From Promethearchaeota archaeon (GTDB taxonomy: Archaea > Asgardarchaeota > Lokiarchaeia > Sigyniarchaeales > SOKP01): DNA of 64,000 nucleotides. Below the pieces are notes generated by a model. That model saw only the letters and a list, made by a program, of their open reading frames with translations, did not search any database and was not told the DNA's origin. Within the stretch, counting starts at the first letter, position 1; the number at the start of each line of letters is the position of its first letter. Shown one piece after another: positions 61,551-64,000 of this stretch. Where the stretch lies: assembly GCA_016840165.1 (NCBI GenBank), contig JAEOSU010000018.1, forward strand, positions 1 through 64,000. Direction: 5' to 3'. The translations under genes were made by a program, and so were the position numbers.

Positions 61551-62351
61551 TTATTTTCTAAACCATCTTATTATATTATAAATGATTCCAACTGAGATAA
61601 CTATTAGGGCAATTAGTGCAGTGATGGCAACTGTTAAATTTAAAGTACTCTGTTTATACCAAATTCCAAATAATGCCCAGACAATGACTAAACTATATGC
61701 GGTATCCTTCTTTAGGAGTATCATCGCATAAGTTATGATAACTACTACGAGAATCACTAAAATTGTCCAGATCTCAGCAATTAAATTAGGTCCAGTCCCA
61801 CCTGCAGCTACTGCTACACCGTCAGCTACACCAGCTGATATTAAGACTGCTGTAATGTTAGCTACTGTAGCTACTGAAATCCAGCCCAAATACACGCTAA
61901 ATGGCACGTGTACCGCGATCTTTTCCCATCGGGGGACTTCTGCTCCGCCAATATCTAGTCGTCTGTATATTTGTAATAAACAAATTAGGAGGATTAACAT
62001 CATTACTAGCGATAGGGGAATTAAAACATAATGCCAAAAGAAGATCCACGCAAAATTTGCAAGATTTCCAATAATAAAATAATAGCTAATTTTATCTAAA
62101 TAGGGCATGTCAGTTTCTTCCTTTTTGAAGACATCTCTGATTTGATATAAAGAAAATAGAGAAAGCAAAAAGTATATAACACCCCAAATCGCGAAAGTTA
62201 ATCCCGCGGGTACAAATAAGTTTGGAATTGCATCAGATAATTCACCCGTATTTCGACCTCCAATCGGAATAATGTTTGCTAAAGCATTTACAGTAATAGT
62301 AGCAATGTTAGTAACCAAATTTAAGACTTGTAATATGATTTTTTTATTCAT
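61551..62351 (-). CDS. tryptophan-rich sensory (TspO-like) membrane protein
   Basis: NALAN, FVPAGLTFAIWGVIY, FSVYLGWISVATVAN. Confidence 0.8.
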   Translation of the reverse strand: MNKKIILQVLNLVTNIATITVNALANIIPIGGRNTGELSDAIPNLFVPAGLTFAIWGVIYFLLSLFSLYQIRDVFKKEETDMPYLDKISYYFIIGNLANFAWIFFWHYVLIPLSLVMMLILLICLLQIYRRLDIGGAEVPRWEKIAVHVPFSVYLGWISVATVANITAVLISAGVADGVAVAAGGTGPNLIAEIWTILVILVVVIITYAMILLKKDTAYSLVIVWALFGIWYKQSTLNLTVAITALIALIVISVGIIYNIIRWFRK

Positions 62352-62523
62352 TTTTACACCTTCTTTGTGAAACTTAATTTCTTATAAATTTTTTTTAGAG
62401 GTTATCAGGTAAATCTAATTTGTATCTTATAAAACTTTTTCATCTTTAATTTATTAATATTAACCTTCTAAAAGATCAAACGGATAATCGTTGTCGAATA
62501 ATTTTTTATAAAATTTTAAAAAA

Positions 62524-63210
62524 CTACCCAAAAATAATTTTTTCAATAAGAAAATAGAAAAAGTTTGCCGCACCGAGGTATAAAAGCATAACTACGAATG
62601 CTAAAATAATTTTAACATAGAATTTACTCACTTCATATTTATAGAATAGATAAAAGGTAGATAATCCAAGAATGACTTCTGGTAAAATAATATAAACAGC
62701 TAAATGATCAAATAGGAGAATAACGTTCTGCGGGTACCAAGAAAAGACCCACATCGACATCTCAGCACCGCTAAATATTATCAATGAGAGGAAAGTCGCT
62801 ATAATATATGCCTTATTAACGGAGTCACGTTCTCTTATTCTTAAAGATATGAAACAAATAATAAAAAGAGGAATTACCCATAAACCTAACATATATGCGG
62901 ATACGGTTCCTATTTTGAAAAATCCATCGTCCGGAAAAACCAAGATATTTAATTGAGCAGATAAGTACCAATCGGGAAATACTTGAAAAAAACTTATGAA
63001 AACAACGAAAAAGTACAATTTAAGCCATATTGAATAATTTCGAATTATTCCAACCAAAAATATTAATAGATTATAGTTTAGTACAAGAATAAATAATTTA
63101 ATTCCAATTAAAATTGGAAAAGGAATAACTAATATCACAACACAGATTGCAATAAAAAGAAGATGGGAGTAAATAAAGTCTTTTTCTATAGGTAAAAGTC
63201 TTACCATCAT
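62524..63210 (-). CDS. multi-TM membrane protein of unknown function
   Basis: About 7 TM, conserved-looking FQVFPDWYLS...LVFPDDG. Confidence 0.65.
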   Translation of the reverse strand: MMVRLLPIEKDFIYSHLLFIAICVVILVIPFPILIGIKLFILVLNYNLLIFLVGIIRNYSIWLKLYFFVVFISFFQVFPDWYLSAQLNILVFPDDGFFKIGTVSAYMLGLWVIPLFIICFISLRIRERDSVNKAYIIATFLSLIIFSGAEMSMWVFSWYPQNVILLFDHLAVYIILPEVILGLSTFYLFYKYEVSKFYVKIILAFVVMLLYLGAANFFYFLIEKIIFG

Positions 63211-63259
63211 AATAAATAATAAAAAGAAAAAAAATTAAAAATAGTTTTTTATATTACCC

Positions 63260-64000
63260 CTAGAATGGTCCAGTAAGAGAGGCATAAACACAAGGATGAT
63301 CGGCAGCATTTCCGCCGGTATAAAGCACCCGTGAGACTGTGGTGTTTAGATCTCCCGATACAAATATGTGATCAATTCGAGCGTGTGGTAATCGTGGAAC
63401 CCAACTATCTGGAACATCTCCTATCAATTGTAAAGAAGGTGGTACTAATTCCCAGCAATCATATAGTTCAGCAACCGTTATATTATATTGTTCTGTATTT
63501 GGTCGAAAATTAAAATCTCCCATCAATATAACATTCTGTAATCCCGGTATAAGGGATAGGATATTTTCTTGTTGTACTATTTGGGATCTATCCTCAGCAG
63601 GATCCTCATAATTTCCAAGATGTGTAACAAAAATATTAAATTCAGTAGTTCCTACTATGATTTTTACCCAGATAGTCGCGGTTTGTTCTCCTTTACTTTC
63701 CATATAAAATGTTCTTGGATTAAGTATAGGATATTTTGATAAAAGGGCAATCCCATAAGTGCCAGTCACGGTTTTCGGCCCATAATATGAATAAAGCTTC
63801 AACTGATTATCGATAAATCTTACGATATCAGTATTACCACTTGAAATCCTACACGTGTCTGATTCTTGTAATGCGATAATATCTCCATCTAAATTCTTTA
63901 TAACTTCATACTGACCTTCAAAATTTTTGTTTCCACTATCATCTGAGCCTTGCTGGATGTTATAGGATACAATTGATAAGGATGCATTTGAAACAGGTCG
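63260..64000 (-). CDS. endonuclease/exonuclease/phosphatase (EEP) domain, CWH43-like; 5' part outside the window
   Basis: Frame is open to base 64000: SYNIQQG, DIIALQESD, YGIALLSKYPI, THL, MGDFN, RIDHIF, ADH. Confidence 0.85.
   Translation of the reverse strand, partial: RPVSNASLSIVSYNIQQGSDDSGNKNFEGQYEVIKNLDGDIIALQESDTCRISSGNTDIVRFIDNQLKLYSYYGPKTVTGTYGIALLSKYPILNPRTFYMESKGEQTATIWVKIIVGTTEFNIFVTHLGNYEDPAEDRSQIVQQENILSLIPGLQNVILMGDFNFRPNTEQYNITVAELYDCWELVPPSLQLIGDVPDSWVPRLPHARIDHIFVSGDLNTTVSRVLYTGGNAADHPCVYASLTGPF

Noticed and set aside
1470-63513. Short overlapping ORFs in the track (for example 1470..1769, 2099..2434, 10307..10591, 40438..40866, 54700..55143, 61735..62031)
   Set aside because: Antisense or out-of-frame shadows of well-supported genes, with no recognisable motifs.
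1-64000. Selenocysteine or pyrrolysine readthrough
   Set aside because: The TGA/TAG-ending genes I checked end at natural domain boundaries, and several hit another stop soon after. No convincing SECIS was seen by eye.
1-64000. tRNA, rRNA, CRISPR arrays, IS elements or prophage
   Set aside because: No GC-rich structured segments, spaced repeats, transposase or integrase ORFs were seen. A covariance-model search would be needed to exclude small RNAs.

Overview
AT-rich (roughly 30% GC by eye), gene-dense archaeal chromosomal window with about 62 credible CDS. I found no rRNA, tRNA, CRISPR array or mobile element. The gene content points to an Asgard archaeon, probably Lokiarchaeia (inference): TBP, L13e, Ogg2, MtrH-family, archaeosortase, UPF0147 and ADP-forming acyl-CoA synthetase, plus eukaryotic-signature proteins (single-domain gelsolin, roadblock and longin proteins, five Ras-superfamily GTPases). 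The main signal is a dispersed GTPase-signalling toolkit at 24.9-59.7 kb. Four GTPases are fused to an N-terminal uDENN/longin-like domain. Three keep a D-x-x-[AR]-R-G motif resembling the arginine finger of the eukaryotic GAPs folliculin and SMCR8; the fourth lacks it. Nearby are a Rag-like GTPase beside a roadblock protein, an intact but apparently catalytically dead NrdD with an ATP-cone, a 7TM-TIR receptor with Gln at the usual catalytic Glu position, a CUB/Ig-TM-longin receptor-like protein and a candidate membrane micropeptide. Also notable are a GT-C gene with a twin HGSNAT-like pair, a CWH43-like EEP domain at the window edge and several operator-like palindromes. All family calls come from motif recognition, not database searches.
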